From: a virus | Lineage: Duplodnaviria > Caudoviricetes | Reading direction: 5' to 3' (one strand) | IMG/VR virus record: IMGVR_UViG_3300043021_000113 | Length of the DNA stretch: 64,000 nt | Part shown: in pieces, positions 1 to 10,164 of the stretch | How the letters are laid out: each line of letters starts with the position of its first letter | How positions within the stretch are numbered: position 1 is the stretch's first letter | Program-made: the position numbers and the translations under genes | Notes under the pieces: model-generated | Seen by the model: only the letters and a program-made list of their open reading frames with translations | The model's database searches: none | Told to the model about the DNA's origin: nothing

Positions 1-52
1 TATATAAAGATAATTGATAGTAAAAATTCTTATTATCGGAATAAAAAAACAT

Positions 53-286
53 TTATCTTGTATAATTAAAAATTTTTAATAAATTAAAAATTGCTTGCTC
101 TCCTGAAAAACAATCTCCATTAAGAACATAAGATATTTGTTTATCTTTAGAAATATAAATTGAAATGTAATTATTATTTAATTTTCCAAAATACGATTCA
201 CTTTCATATATCCATTTTTCATAATCTAAATTGAATTTTTTTATTATATAATGGATTAATAAATAATAAAAATCATTTTTGTTCAT
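53..286 (-). CDS. small hypothetical protein, tandem paralog family
   Basis: ORF; NxxFY N-terminal and I(F/L)(G/N)Y C-terminal pattern shared with neighbours. Confidence 0.7.
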   Translation of the reverse strand: MNKNDFYYLLIHYIIKKFNLDYEKWIYESESYFGKLNNNYISIYISKDKQISYVLNGDCFSGEQAIFNLLKIFNYTR

Positions 287-569
287 AATATCCCAAAAGA
301 TAAAAAATCTTATTTATTGCATCAACATTGAACAAATATTGCACAGAACCATTTTTTCTTTCTTCTCCAAGCCAAATTGAATTATTTTTATATTTTGATT
401 TATGATCATTAAGTATAAATACATAATAAACATCACCAATTGTTCCATTATAAGATAAAAAATAATCATCAGCATTGCTAACTTTGAAATAATCAGAATT
501 TTTGACCATTTCATGAGCCATGTTTAAATAAAAATCAATGTTCTTTTTGTAATCTTGTTCACTTATCAT
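273..569 (-). CDS. small hypothetical protein, tandem paralog family
   Basis: Start moved to MISEQDYKKNIDFY, matching the family motif. Confidence 0.7.
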   Translation of the reverse strand: MISEQDYKKNIDFYLNMAHEMVKNSDYFKVSNADDYFLSYNGTIGDVYYVFILNDHKSKYKNNSIWLGEERKNGSVQYLFNVDAINKIFYLLGYYEQK

Positions 570-831
570 TATATCCAAATATTTTTGCAATTTCTAAAAA
601 TGCTTGATAATTTTTATAAATTATCTCTTCTCCAGGAATATTTAATTTTCTATATCTAAGATAAAAGCCATCATGATCAATTACTATTGAGCTACAAACT
701 CTGCAGTTGCTAAAATGCCAAACATAATATAAATCGTTTTCGTCTAATTCATAATTATTAGCATATAACCAACTAAAAACTAATTTATTATAAAAACAAA
801 TATTTTCGTAATATTCTTTTTTGCTTATCAT
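559..831 (-). CDS. small hypothetical protein, tandem paralog family
   Basis: MISKKEYYENICFY. Confidence 0.75.
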   Translation of the reverse strand: MISKKEYYENICFYNKLVFSWLYANNYELDENDLYYVWHFSNCRVCSSIVIDHDGFYLRYRKLNIPGEEIIYKNYQAFLEIAKIFGYNDK

Positions 832-846
832 ATATTGTTAAAATCC

Positions 847-1128
847 CTAAATTATATCTTTAGAAATCCACCTATGGTTATTGTATCCTGCAATATCTGC
901 TAAATAAAAAACAACTTCTTTTTCTCCATAAAAAATTTCATGGTGATTTTCAAATAAACACCACAAACCACAAGCAATCTTTTTTATTTGATAATTGTTG
1001 TTATTAATTCTTTTTTTAAAAATTAAATCCCAACTTGTATCATCTTTTTTAAAGCCTGCTTTTTCCGCTAAAACTGGAATTAAACTTCTATAAAAAGCTA
1101 ATTGTTTTTTATGTTTTTTTATAATCAT
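847..1128 (-). CDS. small hypothetical protein, tandem paralog family
   Basis: LAFYRSL ... IAGY. Confidence 0.7.
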   Translation of the reverse strand: MIIKKHKKQLAFYRSLIPVLAEKAGFKKDDTSWDLIFKKRINNNNYQIKKIACGLWCLFENHHEIFYGEKEVVFYLADIAGYNNHRWISKDII

Positions 1129-1393
1129 AATCGATTTCCTCTAATAAAATATAAATTATTTGTTCATTAATGGCTGCTAGTTCGTGGTCAGATCTCCACA
1201 TATAACAGATTTTTCCTACTTCATGAAAATTAATGTATACTTTATCGGGATATACATTAATTTTTCCCCTAAAACAAATTGTCCCAAGATCATTTCTTGT
1301 ACATTCAAAATTTAATCTATTACATAAATAAATTCCTAAATCACAATAAAAATCTTTATTTTTTGAAAAATCTTTAATCTCTAGCATATCCAA
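1109..1393 (-). CDS. small hypothetical protein, tandem paralog family
   Basis: DFSKNKDFY...AINE, similar to 1374-1643. Confidence 0.75.
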   Translation of the reverse strand: MDMLEIKDFSKNKDFYCDLGIYLCNRLNFECTRNDLGTICFRGKINVYPDKVYINFHEVGKICYMWRSDHELAAINEQIIYILLEEIDYDYKKT

Positions 1394-1643
1394 TAAACCT
1401 TGTTAAAACATCCAAGACATCTTCATTTATAGCTACACAATAATTATCTTCTGCTTCATAAACTTTGACATCTCCTGTTTCATATTCAATTATAATTTCG
1501 TATACTGTATCATAATTGTTATCTACAAAAACGATTTCTTGTTTTACATTATATTTAATAACATAGTTTACTTTTTTACAAATATAAATTGCTAATTGAG
1601 AATAAAACGATTTATTTTTGTTAAAATCATTCTCTGTTATCAT
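1374..1643 (-). CDS. small hypothetical protein, tandem paralog family
   Basis: MITENDFNKNKSFY. Confidence 0.75.
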   Translation of the reverse strand: MITENDFNKNKSFYSQLAIYICKKVNYVIKYNVKQEIVFVDNNYDTVYEIIIEYETGDVKVYEAEDNYCVAINEDVLDVLTRFIGYARD

Positions 1644-1878
1644 AATTTAAAAACTCAAGAATATTTTTGAAAGCATCATATAAAAAAAACTTTTCTTCGT
1701 TTTTTTGAAAATACAAAAATAATCCGTCTCCGTGACATTCAACAATTGTGTTTTTGTCTATTTCACAATAAAAATCTCTTTCTTCTTCTGTAACTTTATA
1801 ATTTCTTTCTTCTAATAAACTTTTAATCAGCGTTTGGTACATGTCCAAATTAGCTGTATATTCCTTTTCTGTTATCAT
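1627..1878 (-). CDS. small hypothetical protein, tandem paralog family
   Basis: MITEKEYTANLDMY. Confidence 0.75.
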   Translation of the reverse strand: MITEKEYTANLDMYQTLIKSLLEERNYKVTEEERDFYCEIDKNTIVECHGDGLFLYFQKNEEKFFLYDAFKNILEFLNYDNRE

Positions 1879-2147
1879 ATTTCAATTTTTAATAATTTAC
1901 AAAATTTCAAAAATACGTCATAATCACTTAACCATTCTTCTTCTGGATCATAATTACAACGCATAGTCATTATTTCAATACTTTTTAAGTCATTATAAAC
2001 AACTAAACCATAAGGCTTATAAGAAAATAAATAATATTTAGCATATTTTGTATTTTTCCAATATTTAGCGCCTTTCTCTTTTGCTTGTTCTAATAACCAA
2101 ACATTAAAAAATACTTTATTAGAATAATATTCTTTACTTGTTATCAT
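1875..2147 (-). CDS. small hypothetical protein, tandem paralog family
   Basis: MITSKEYYSNKVFF. Confidence 0.75.
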   Translation of the reverse strand: MITSKEYYSNKVFFNVWLLEQAKEKGAKYWKNTKYAKYYLFSYKPYGLVVYNDLKSIEIMTMRCNYDPEEEWLSDYDVFLKFCKLLKIEI

Positions 2148-2392
2148 AATTTTTTATAACCTATAAAACCAGCAAGAAAAATACATTCTATTTTTAGCTC
2201 TTTAAAGCTTAAATATCTTATGTATAAATTGCACCAATCATCAGTATAAGGAAAATATAAATAATTAAAAACGTATTTATCAAAAATTATTTTATATTTT
2301 ATGCAGTAATCGTCACGTTCTATTTTAGGGTTAAAATATTTTTCTAAAATATATTTAAAAAGTTTTGAATAAAATTTCCAATTATTATCCAT
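2144..2392 (-). CDS. small hypothetical protein, tandem paralog family
   Basis: LFKYILEKY(F/Y)NP shared with 2385-2681. Confidence 0.75.
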   Translation of the reverse strand: MDNNWKFYSKLFKYILEKYFNPKIERDDYCIKYKIIFDKYVFNYLYFPYTDDWCNLYIRYLSFKELKIECIFLAGFIGYKKL

Positions 2393-2681
2393 AACCTATT
2401 TTTTTAGAAAATATAAAACATAAGTCTTTTATTGCAACCCAATTTAAATAACTTTTCCATTCTCCGTTATAATACCAATCACCAGTTAAGTTTTCAATAC
2501 CGAAAGAATTTGTACCAGAAATTACAGAATCAGGTTTAATTGTATATATAGTGAGAACTGCACAACCTTTATATACTAAAATTTCTTTTTGTTTAACTTC
2601 TGGGTTGTAATATTTTTCTAAAATATATTTAAAAAGACTTGAAAAAAAGGTATAATTATTTAAAAGATTAAAATTATTCAT
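2385..2681 (-). CDS. small hypothetical protein, tandem paralog family
   Basis: LFKYILEKYYNP. Confidence 0.75.
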   Translation of the reverse strand: MNNFNLLNNYTFFSSLFKYILEKYYNPEVKQKEILVYKGCAVLTIYTIKPDSVISGTNSFGIENLTGDWYYNGEWKSYLNWVAIKDLCFIFSKKIGYG

Positions 2682-2691
2682 AATTAAAATC

Positions 2692-3168
2692 TTATATTAA
2701 AGTTTTACTTTCGCTTGCAAAATACTTTGCTTTGTATTTATCCAAAATTTCTTTTGCTTTTTTACTGTCTTTTTGTGTGTTACAATAACAATTAAACATT
2801 GTGTAATTATTATTAACGTATGTGTAGTTATAAGGTATTTTTGCTTCTTCAAGATCTTTTGACATGTTATCTGTATTTAAACTTTTACAAGTTGCTTGAA
2901 CAAGCCATAATTTGTCTTTTTGTTTTTTTTCTTCAAATAATTTTACAAAATAAACTCCAACAAGGTTTGATAAGCCAATAATTAAAGCTTTTTTCCAATT
3001 GTCCAAACTCTCGTCGCACATGTAAATTACTATGTAAGTATAAAAACCATAAGCTAAAGCATTTGCAATTGAAGCTGTAATTTTTCCACCTTTAATTGTT
3101 GCAATTGATTTTATGGTTTGAATTATTACATTAATAACATTTAATATTATAAATCCAGTTAAATTCAT
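2692..3168 (-). CDS. membrane protein, DUF2179/DUF5698-like
   Basis: Three N-terminal hydrophobic helices plus a soluble C-terminal domain; family call from recalled pattern. Confidence 0.55.
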   Translation of the reverse strand: MNLTGFIILNVINVIIQTIKSIATIKGGKITASIANALAYGFYTYIVIYMCDESLDNWKKALIIGLSNLVGVYFVKLFEEKKQKDKLWLVQATCKSLNTDNMSKDLEEAKIPYNYTYVNNNYTMFNCYCNTQKDSKKAKEILDKYKAKYFASESKTLI

Positions 3169-3338
3169 AAGTCTAAGTAATTATCAACAATTGTAAATTC
3201 TGGATTCACAACCTCAATTACAAAGCCATTATTTCCTGGATCTTCTATAACTTTAAAATCTGCTTCTTGTGTAATTTCTGTTAGTTCATTATTACAAGCT
3301 ATCAAAAAAAACGGTGCAAGAATTAAAAATCTTTTCAT
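3165..3338 (-). CDS. 57-aa putative lipoprotein (not in ORF track)
   Basis: MKRFLILAPFFLIAC-NNE; fills the gap and its TGA overlaps the next ATG. Confidence 0.55.
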   Translation of the reverse strand: MKRFLILAPFFLIACNNELTEITQEADFKVIEDPGNNGFVIEVVNPEFTIVDNYLDL

Positions 3339-3341
3339 TGT

Positions 3342-3704
3342 TTAATATCTATTTATAATTTCTTTTAATAATTGATTTTGTGTTTGATCATACATTGGGT
3401 TTGCATCCTCGATTAACTCCTTAATTTTAGTCAATTTTAAGCCTTTATAAAGCTTCGAATTTTTAATAAGCCACTTCTTCGGTAGTTGATCGTAAACTTC
3501 ATAGCCGTCAAAATAAAGGCCTTTAATAACACATATTACATGGAAAACATCTTGAGGATCATTAGCGAATCCATAATAAACAAAATCTACATCATCATTG
3601 AATCTTTCTTTAATAAATAAAGCCAAAAAACCACAGCCTCCATTATATAAATTTTTAATGTTAGCTTTGATTTCTTGACTCATTTTCTTTAATTTTTCAA
3701 TCAT
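3342..3704 (-). CDS. hypothetical phage protein
   Basis: ORF with GGC..A / HV / YFDG motifs. Confidence 0.7.
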   Translation of the reverse strand: MIEKLKKMSQEIKANIKNLYNGGCGFLALFIKERFNDDVDFVYYGFANDPQDVFHVICVIKGLYFDGYEVYDQLPKKWLIKNSKLYKGLKLTKIKELIEDANPMYDQTQNQLLKEIINRY

Positions 3705-4108
3705 AAATAACCACCAGCCATAACTGCGAAAATATCTGCTATTTCGTTTCCATATAAACCCTTATGGCCTTTTATATGTGTAAGGATTATTTGGTCTTTT
3801 ACTTCTTCATAAAGAGGAATTAAAATATCCCAAAGATCATTATTAGCATTTCTTGACCAATTTTTAGTAAGAGTTCCTATGCAATACATGCTATCGCTAA
3901 AAACTTCGCAGTTAATCTTAAGTTTTTTTATGTATCTAAAGGCAGCAACCAACCCGAACATCTCTGCTCGTTGGTTGGTCGCATTTTCTAAAGGTTGAGC
4001 ATAGAAAGCTTTTAACTTTCCATCCTCTATCAATATAAAGCTATAGCCGCCTTTTTGTTTACTTTGACTGTAAGCTCCGTCAGTGTAAATTTCAACGCGT
4101 TTTAACAC
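3701..4108 (-). CDS. rnhA: ribonuclease HI
   Basis: IYTDGA, TNQRAE, SDSMY, HIKGHKG..GNEIAD; likely GTG start at 4108. Confidence 0.92.
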   Translation of the reverse strand: MLKRVEIYTDGAYSQSKQKGGYSFILIEDGKLKAFYAQPLENATNQRAEMFGLVAAFRYIKKLKINCEVFSDSMYCIGTLTKNWSRNANNDLWDILIPLYEEVKDQIILTHIKGHKGLYGNEIADIFAVMAGGYL

Positions 4109-4205
4109 TGCCTGGTCTTGTGTGAGCTTTCTGATAATCTCCTGGTTGAGTATCAAACCAACGTTGTCTTCCTTCTAATTTTTTAACTTTCTTTGCGTAC
4201 TTCAT
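4092..4205 (-). CDS. 37-aa basic protein (not in ORF track)
   Basis: MKYAKKVKKLEGRQRWFDTQPGDYQKAHTRPGSVKTR; fills the gap between MoxR and RNase H. Confidence 0.5.
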   Translation of the reverse strand: MKYAKKVKKLEGRQRWFDTQPGDYQKAHTRPGSVKTR

Positions 4206-4225
4206 GATTTTTGATTTTTTATAAA

Positions 4226-5443
4226 TTAAAGAATGATTCTCTTTATTACATCTTTATTTGTAATTAACTTTTTAACTCTTGCTGGATATTTAACAGTAAG
4301 TGTTTTTATCATATTAAATATTAAATCTTCACTTAAAAGTTTTTTACTCTTATTCTTGTCATCTATAATCTCAAGAATTCTTGTTACTATAGGATCACTC
4401 TTAGTTCCTTTTTGAGCAAATAAACTTTCAATATGATTTATAAATCTAATTGATAATATGCTTGCAATGTCTGCTCTGTAAATATCTTCAGTTCCTCGTT
4501 TTTCATAAACGCATTCTTCAAGCTTCTTAGAAGCCTTTTCCCATTCAAGATTTAATAATTCTTCAGGAGTAATTAACTTGTGAAGTTTATTATTAATAAA
4601 TGTTGTAAACATATTGCCAACTGTGTTTTTGTCATCATCAAAACAACCATTAGCAATATTTAAAATTAACGCTAAAGATTCAGGAGTTGACCAATCTTTA
4701 ATTCCAGAAATAGTATTAAAGAAAGTTGTCATAGATCTCGCGTTAATAGTTAAATTTTCTTTCTTTGTTATAAGCTCAGGTGCCCATAAAAGAAAATTTA
4801 TTGCCTCATCTCTTAATCCGTATTCACCAGCCCATTTTGACCATATTTTAACGTCAAATTCAACATCAAAAGTAATATATCTTGACTTCATCGCAGCATC
4901 AAGAGATACTCCCAACGTATAATCTGCATTATCTGGATTTTCTGACAAGATAATTGTTGAACCTTTAGGTAGAGACCAAGAAGTAAACGCTTGAAGATTT
5001 ATAATCTCCATTACGGCTTGCATAAGCATTGGGCTGCAACGCGTAAAATCGTCCATTAGAAGGACGACAGGCTCGTTTGCTTGAGGAACCCATGAAGGGA
5101 TAGAATAACCCATCCTATGGTTTCCTGTAACTGTAGCTCCAGCTTTGATATATTCTGGTAAAATATCTTTAGCTATCCACTCACAGTTGCCATTTATACA
5201 CACTTCATATTCTTTTAAGGGAAATCCCAGAAGATCTCCTGTCTCCTCTAATTGACTTAGACGTAAAGTTTGAAATGGCATGTTTAATTCTTGCGCTAAT
5301 TGCTCTATTGCAGACGTTTTCCCTAATCCCGCGTCACCACGCAATGATACAGCAACTGCTTTCTTATTTTGTGCTGCTAATTCTTTATTATTGTTGATTA
5401 TATAAGTTAAAACTTCCTTGATCTCTTGTATATTATATTTCAT
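4226..5443 (-). CDS. MoxR-family AAA+ ATPase
   Basis: Walker A GDAGLGKT, Walker B LLMDDF; adjacent to a VWA gene. Confidence 0.9.
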   Translation of the reverse strand: MKYNIQEIKEVLTYIINNNKELAAQNKKAVAVSLRGDAGLGKTSAIEQLAQELNMPFQTLRLSQLEETGDLLGFPLKEYEVCINGNCEWIAKDILPEYIKAGATVTGNHRMGYSIPSWVPQANEPVVLLMDDFTRCSPMLMQAVMEIINLQAFTSWSLPKGSTIILSENPDNADYTLGVSLDAAMKSRYITFDVEFDVKIWSKWAGEYGLRDEAINFLLWAPELITKKENLTINARSMTTFFNTISGIKDWSTPESLALILNIANGCFDDDKNTVGNMFTTFINNKLHKLITPEELLNLEWEKASKKLEECVYEKRGTEDIYRADIASILSIRFINHIESLFAQKGTKSDPIVTRILEIIDDKNKSKKLLSEDLIFNMIKTLTVKYPARVKKLITNKDVIKRIIL

Positions 5444-5448
5444 CTTTA

Positions 5449-7780
5449 TTACTTTTTATTTTTTGGAATTAAAATTGTTTTACCTGGATATTCTGATTTG
5501 TGATCTCCATCTGAAGATATAAGCCAAATCCAATGTAATTTTTCAGCTGGCTTTTTATCTAAATAACCATCGGTAAAATAAACTGTAGTTGTATAAACAC
5601 CTTTTCTTTCTTCTAAATATTCAACAATAGGTACACAAGAAGTACCGCCACCACCTGTTATTTTACAATCTGGCTTACCTTTATATTCATAAACACGGCC
5701 TATGTGGCAATCGCATTCTAAAATATCAATAGCAACACCTGATTTGTACATATGGTGAACTTCAGTGAAAAAGTCTTTTAAATCTTCATCATTAATTGAT
5801 CCTGACGTATCAATTGCAACTAAGATTTTTTGTTTGAATTTAATTTGAGTTTTTGAAAAATCCTCAAATCTTCTTGACTCTCTCTTTCTGTTTTTCTTCT
5901 GAAACATTTGTGTTGAATTACCAACAACTCGTTTAAAATAATTTTTCCAATTAAAAACCGGAGGTTCAGGTTTTAATAATTTTTCAATTAAACTCCTTAA
6001 TTCTGCCGGAATAGAACCAATACCACTTGCTGAGCTCTTCATCGTTTCCTCTGCTGCACTCTTCAATTGATGTTCAATTTGATTCTTGACTAACTGCTTT
6101 TGAGAATCTGGAAGACTGTCAAAATCTTTCCATAACTTATGAGATCCAACATTTTCTCCTTGTTGTGGTGCATCTTGACCTTCAAGTTCTCTGTAAAGCT
6201 CTTTGTAATAATAATTAGTACCTGCTCTTGGATCTAAAGATTTACCAACAATCTCATTTAACGATTCAAGAGTTACTCCATCACCTGGTAAACACGTATC
6301 TTTATCTTTAAGCTCTGCATTGTTAATTATAATCTGGTTAACTTCACAATCCGCAGCTATGTTAAATAATTCTGCATTATCAAACATTGTACGCATTGTA
6401 AGGTGTCCTAGTGCTATATGAAGCTTTAATACCTCAATTTTCATTGAGGAGTAGACTATCCCTTAACCCGGTCTGGGTTGTCTATTATAGTCGTTGAACG
6501 TCTTTCTTGTAAATAATTATTAAAAATATTATATTTTCTTAATAAATAAATTGTAGCATTTTTATAAATATATTCTGAAAATTTAATAGAATCTTTAACT
6601 GAAAATTAAAGTTGATATAGAATAGAAGGGTCGCCATTTTGAGTTTTTCTATGCCTTTCATAAATTTTAATATTTTTCAAATTTAAATATTTAATTAATT
6701 TCTGCATAAATTTTAATGATCCACAACACATACCACTTCTAATAGTTTTAATGGTTTTAATTTTATTGCTGTTATTATAAACACCAACTGTTCCATCGCC
6801 ATCAAAATATCCTCTAATAAAATGATTTATTAAATTTTTAGGTAATATATTTTCACCTGGAAATTCAATTGTTAATGATTTTCTTTCAGTACATCCACAA
6901 TTTATAAGATCTTGCGCTAGTTTATTGTCTGATATATTCAATTTAAAACATTCTTTATTAAACTTTTTATGATATTCTCTATATATAAGCCCTGTATATT
7001 CAATGTGCTCTTTAAATTTATCGAGCCATTCAATATCTTTAGATATTAGAGTTACACTATAAGAATTTTTATTATTTCTAACGCATCCGTCAGCATATAA
7101 AGCACCAAGCCAATATGCTTTTTCTTCAGTATCAATTTTTTCAAAAAAATTAGAATTACAAGTATACTTTCGATTAGTTCCTTGAGCTCTTGTTATTCCT
7201 AATTTTTTTAAAATTTTCAATACTGTATTTTCACCAAAATTGAATTGTTTTCCAATATTTTTGGCAGAAAACTTTTCGTTTAAATATAAATTTTTAATAA
7301 TTTCTAATTGTTCTTCTGTTACATTATCAACTTTATTATACATAATACATGAATTTTAATGAAAAATATCATGTACAAATATAATAAATTAAAACATAGA
7401 ACACAAGAAATTTCGCTGCGGATTTCCCAATTCTTTAACTTTTTACTGTCTCGTTGTGATTAGCAACGCCCTTATATATATTACTATTATAAGTTAGTAT
7501 TAAAGACTTTAGGGGGTTCCCGCAATTTAAGACTTTCTACTGTATATTCCTATACAGCGGGTCCTTCAATTTGAACCTCATGAAGCAATATATTTACCTG
7601 TTGAATATCTGTGAGTGAATCCCAGAATTCTTGGTTAATATATAAGATCGTATTTATACCTCTAAGTCCCACAGCCAATGTTGGGATGCTCTTTGAAACT
7701 TCTTTTTGAATTCCAGAAAGAAACAACCCATAAAATGGCTCTGAGATTATCAATTTACGGCAAGCCTTTTCTATTGTCAT
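5449..7780 (-). CDS. HExxH metallopeptidase-like plus VWA domain protein (MoxR partner), spliced: exons 7780-7574 and 6423-5449
   Basis: Joining exons restores HEV|LH; MIDAS DTSGS, GGGGT and TDG in exon 2. Confidence 0.9.
6424..7573 (-). mobile_element. group I intron in VWA/peptidase gene
   Basis: 5' exon ends in U, intron ends in G; P1 GGUU/GACC, P10 GAAG/CUUC; core GUUCAACGACUA and GAUAGUCU. Confidence 0.9.
6456..7343 (-). pseudogene. intron-encoded LAGLIDADG homing endonuclease with in-frame TAA at 6606-6608
   Basis: LGALYADG and IRGYFDGDG motifs; frame continues 49 codons past TAA, including IYKNATIYLLRKY. Confidence 0.75.
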
Positions 7781-7980
7781 ATTCTGTTATTTAACTCTGT
7801 AATATAAACTATTTCCAAGCTATCCATTCCCAAACGATACTCCTGGAAATTACCTGAGTGATAATTTACCCTATAAATAAGCCCTGTTTCATCTAACATG
7901 ACAACAGATTTTACGCGCTCTTGTATTTTATTAGCATAATTTCTAATGGCCATTACAGCCAAAAAATATTTTTTGTTCAT
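7777..7980 (-). CDS. hypothetical protein
   Basis: ORF with ATGA overlaps. Confidence 0.65.
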   Translation of the reverse strand: MNKKYFLAVMAIRNYANKIQERVKSVVMLDETGLIYRVNYHSGNFQEYRLGMDSLEIVYITELNNRI

Positions 7981-8264
7981 CTTATCAATAAATAAATAAT
8001 AATTACAGTTGAAATTGTGGCATAAATTGCCAATGAAATTAAGTTTGTTTTAGCTTTGCAAAGTTGTTGGTAGTAATTTATACGCCAAGAACTTTCGGTT
8101 TCCATTCTGTATGATACGTAATTATAATCATACATTAACTTTTCGTAATCTTCAGAAAGTTTTTTATAATCTTTCGATAAAGATTCTGTAGCTTCTTTTT
8201 GAGAATCTAATTCTTCATTAAGCCATTTTATCTCACGTTTTCTTGTCATCTTTTTTTCCTGCAT
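7977..8264 (-). CDS. coiled-coil protein with C-terminal TM helix
   Basis: ORF composition. Confidence 0.65.
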   Translation of the reverse strand: MQEKKMTRKREIKWLNEELDSQKEATESLSKDYKKLSEDYEKLMYDYNYVSYRMETESSWRINYYQQLCKAKTNLISLAIYATISTVIIIYLLIR

Positions 8265-8420
8265 TTCTCACTAATAGACTTGTAAATTTGTATTATCTAA
8301 AAATTTTTGTTTATATAGTTAAATAGATAATCCAAACTCTTTTCTAAATGATCCAATTTTACCAAAGCATTCTTGCAATTTTTTTTAAAACTGCAAGAAT
8401 CTTTAGTTTTAGCATTGAAT

Positions 8421-8942
8421 TCATGTGAGCCCTTCAATTTCTCCATTTACCTTTTCTTTTAACTTTTCCTTACGTACTAAGCCTTTAAGCTTACATGTGT
8501 AACTTTCGTCTTCCGCATAGCCGATTTTATCTAACCATGCGTAGTAATCACCTTTTGTATATCTATATTGAACCGTGTTTTCATATGCTTTTACACTTTC
8601 TGTCCAATGTTCGAACTTAAAATAAGTCTTTTTCTTTGAGTTATAAAGTCCAAAAAGATTGTTGTTTTTTGTACATTGCTCAGATTTAAACCATCCTGTT
8701 TCTAAAATAGCTTGAGCAATCACTATTTCAGGGTATTTGATCTCATAATGTTTTACAACAAAAATTAAATTTTCTAAATTTAATTCTAGGTTTTCAATTG
8801 AATTTACATTTGTAGGAATTACTAATTCTTGTTCGTGCACATTACTTGTTACACCCATTGCTTCTACTACAAGAAGAAAAGCTGAAATACAAATCAATCT
8901 GTTATACTGTCGTTTCTTTGATGTAAGCATTCGTTTCGCCAT
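8421..8942 (-). CDS. glucosaminidase (GH73/FlgJ-like) cell-wall hydrolase
   Basis: AQAILETGW, NNLFG, GYAED; N-terminal TM segment; start moved from 9053. Confidence 0.85.
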   Translation of the reverse strand: MAKRMLTSKKRQYNRLICISAFLLVVEAMGVTSNVHEQELVIPTNVNSIENLELNLENLIFVVKHYEIKYPEIVIAQAILETGWFKSEQCTKNNNLFGLYNSKKKTYFKFEHWTESVKAYENTVQYRYTKGDYYAWLDKIGYAEDESYTCKLKGLVRKEKLKEKVNGEIEGLT

Positions 8943-9069
8943 CCGTAAAATAACCTCCCACGGCCTCGAAACCAACTTCCAATAAAAAATTAAATACCTC
9001 TTGAACTGTCTCATAGCTTGTCTCTGAAATGCGCGTGCCATGCGGCATTTCATAGCGTATCCTAAACAT
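8902..9069 (-). CDS. 55-aa hypothetical protein (not in ORF track)
   Basis: MFRIRYEMPHGTRISETSYETVQEVFNFLLEVGFEAVGGYFTDGETNAYIKETTV. Confidence 0.5.
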   Translation of the reverse strand: MFRIRYEMPHGTRISETSYETVQEVFNFLLEVGFEAVGGYFTDGETNAYIKETTV

Positions 9070-9272
9070 TATCTAAATAAATAAAATCTAAAATTAAAAA
9101 ATAGTTATGTAGTCTCTATCTTTGTTTTTATCCCAAAATGGCGTGTACCATAATATAATATCATAGTGACCATTGCTTCTTTCCAGATAGTCCAAGTTGG
9201 GGTTCAAATAATAAAAAATAACAACCAAAATTGCTGTAATTAATAAAAACCCTATCATACACAAATAATTTT

Positions 9273-9740
9273 TTAATTTAACCCAGTAGAATTAAAACCT
9301 CCTTCTCCTCGTTCAGTTTCCGATAATTCATCAGAAATCACAAACTCGGCGTCTTCGGCTTTAATTATCAATAGTTGTGCAATTCTTGTATGTTTTGGAA
9401 CATAAAAATCGAAAGAATCGTTGTTCCTTTGAATTACAGATACATTGCCCCTAAAGCTTGAATCTATAATACCATCTTTAACGTCACAATCGTACCTATG
9501 TTCAAAATTACATTCAGAATCGCTGCAGCCTGCATATCCCTTTAGTTCAAAACCAGATCTTGGTTTTATAATTCCCACATATCCTTTAGGAATTTCTAAA
9601 GCAATATCCAGAGGCAGTTTATGCCTTCCAGGACTAATTGCATACTCTCGCGGAGTGTATAAATCAAATCCAGCTGCTCCATCATCAGCTCTTGTTGGCA
9701 CCCTTGCACCATCACTTAAAAGTTTAATCTTGATTTGCAT
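9273..9740 (-). CDS. dut: dUTPase (trimeric)
   Basis: AGFDL, PRSG, GIIDSSFRG, RIAQL, RGEGGFNSTG. Confidence 0.95.
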   Translation of the reverse strand: MQIKIKLLSDGARVPTRADDGAAGFDLYTPREYAISPGRHKLPLDIALEIPKGYVGIIKPRSGFELKGYAGCSDSECNFEHRYDCDVKDGIIDSSFRGNVSVIQRNNDSFDFYVPKHTRIAQLLIIKAEDAEFVISDELSETERGEGGFNSTGLN

Positions 9741-9930
9741 TGCTTAAAACATTTATGCGTTTATTTAAAATTTCCACGTATTGTTTCATAATGGATAATT
9801 GATCCATTAATAAATATCCATGGTCACATTTTTCATCCTTGTCTATAAAAGCTTTTAATTTAGAGATTTTGTCTTCTAAATCTGTTTTTTCTATTAACAA
9901 TTTAGCTTTTATTTCTTTACATTTACTCAT
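9724..9930 (-). CDS. small helical hypothetical protein
   Basis: KLKAFI...LLMDQLSIMKQY..IL..RI. Confidence 0.7.
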   Translation of the reverse strand: MSKCKEIKAKLLIEKTDLEDKISKLKAFIDKDEKCDHGYLLMDQLSIMKQYVEILNKRINVLSNANQD

Positions 9931-9933
9931 AAC

Positions 9934-10161
9934 TTAGTTTATTTTATCGTGAAAGTTTAAATAATCTTTAAGAAAGTTTATGCACTCAAGTTCAGCAAAG
10001 CTCAATGAAAGCATTTTAGGGTTTCCATCGCCTCTTTGAATTATTACATCCCAGCCTTCGCCATTTGACCATTCGCAAAGTTCAATGAAATCGTGTTCTT
10101 TGGCACTATAATCAACACCTTTAAGTTTCATTGAAGCTGAATTTCTACTTTCTATTTTCAT
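9934..10161 (-). CDS. hypothetical protein
   Basis: EWSNGEGWDV motif. Confidence 0.7.
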   Translation of the reverse strand: MKIESRNSASMKLKGVDYSAKEHDFIELCEWSNGEGWDVIIQRGDGNPKMLSLSFAELECINFLKDYLNFHDKIN

Positions 10162-10164
10162 AAT

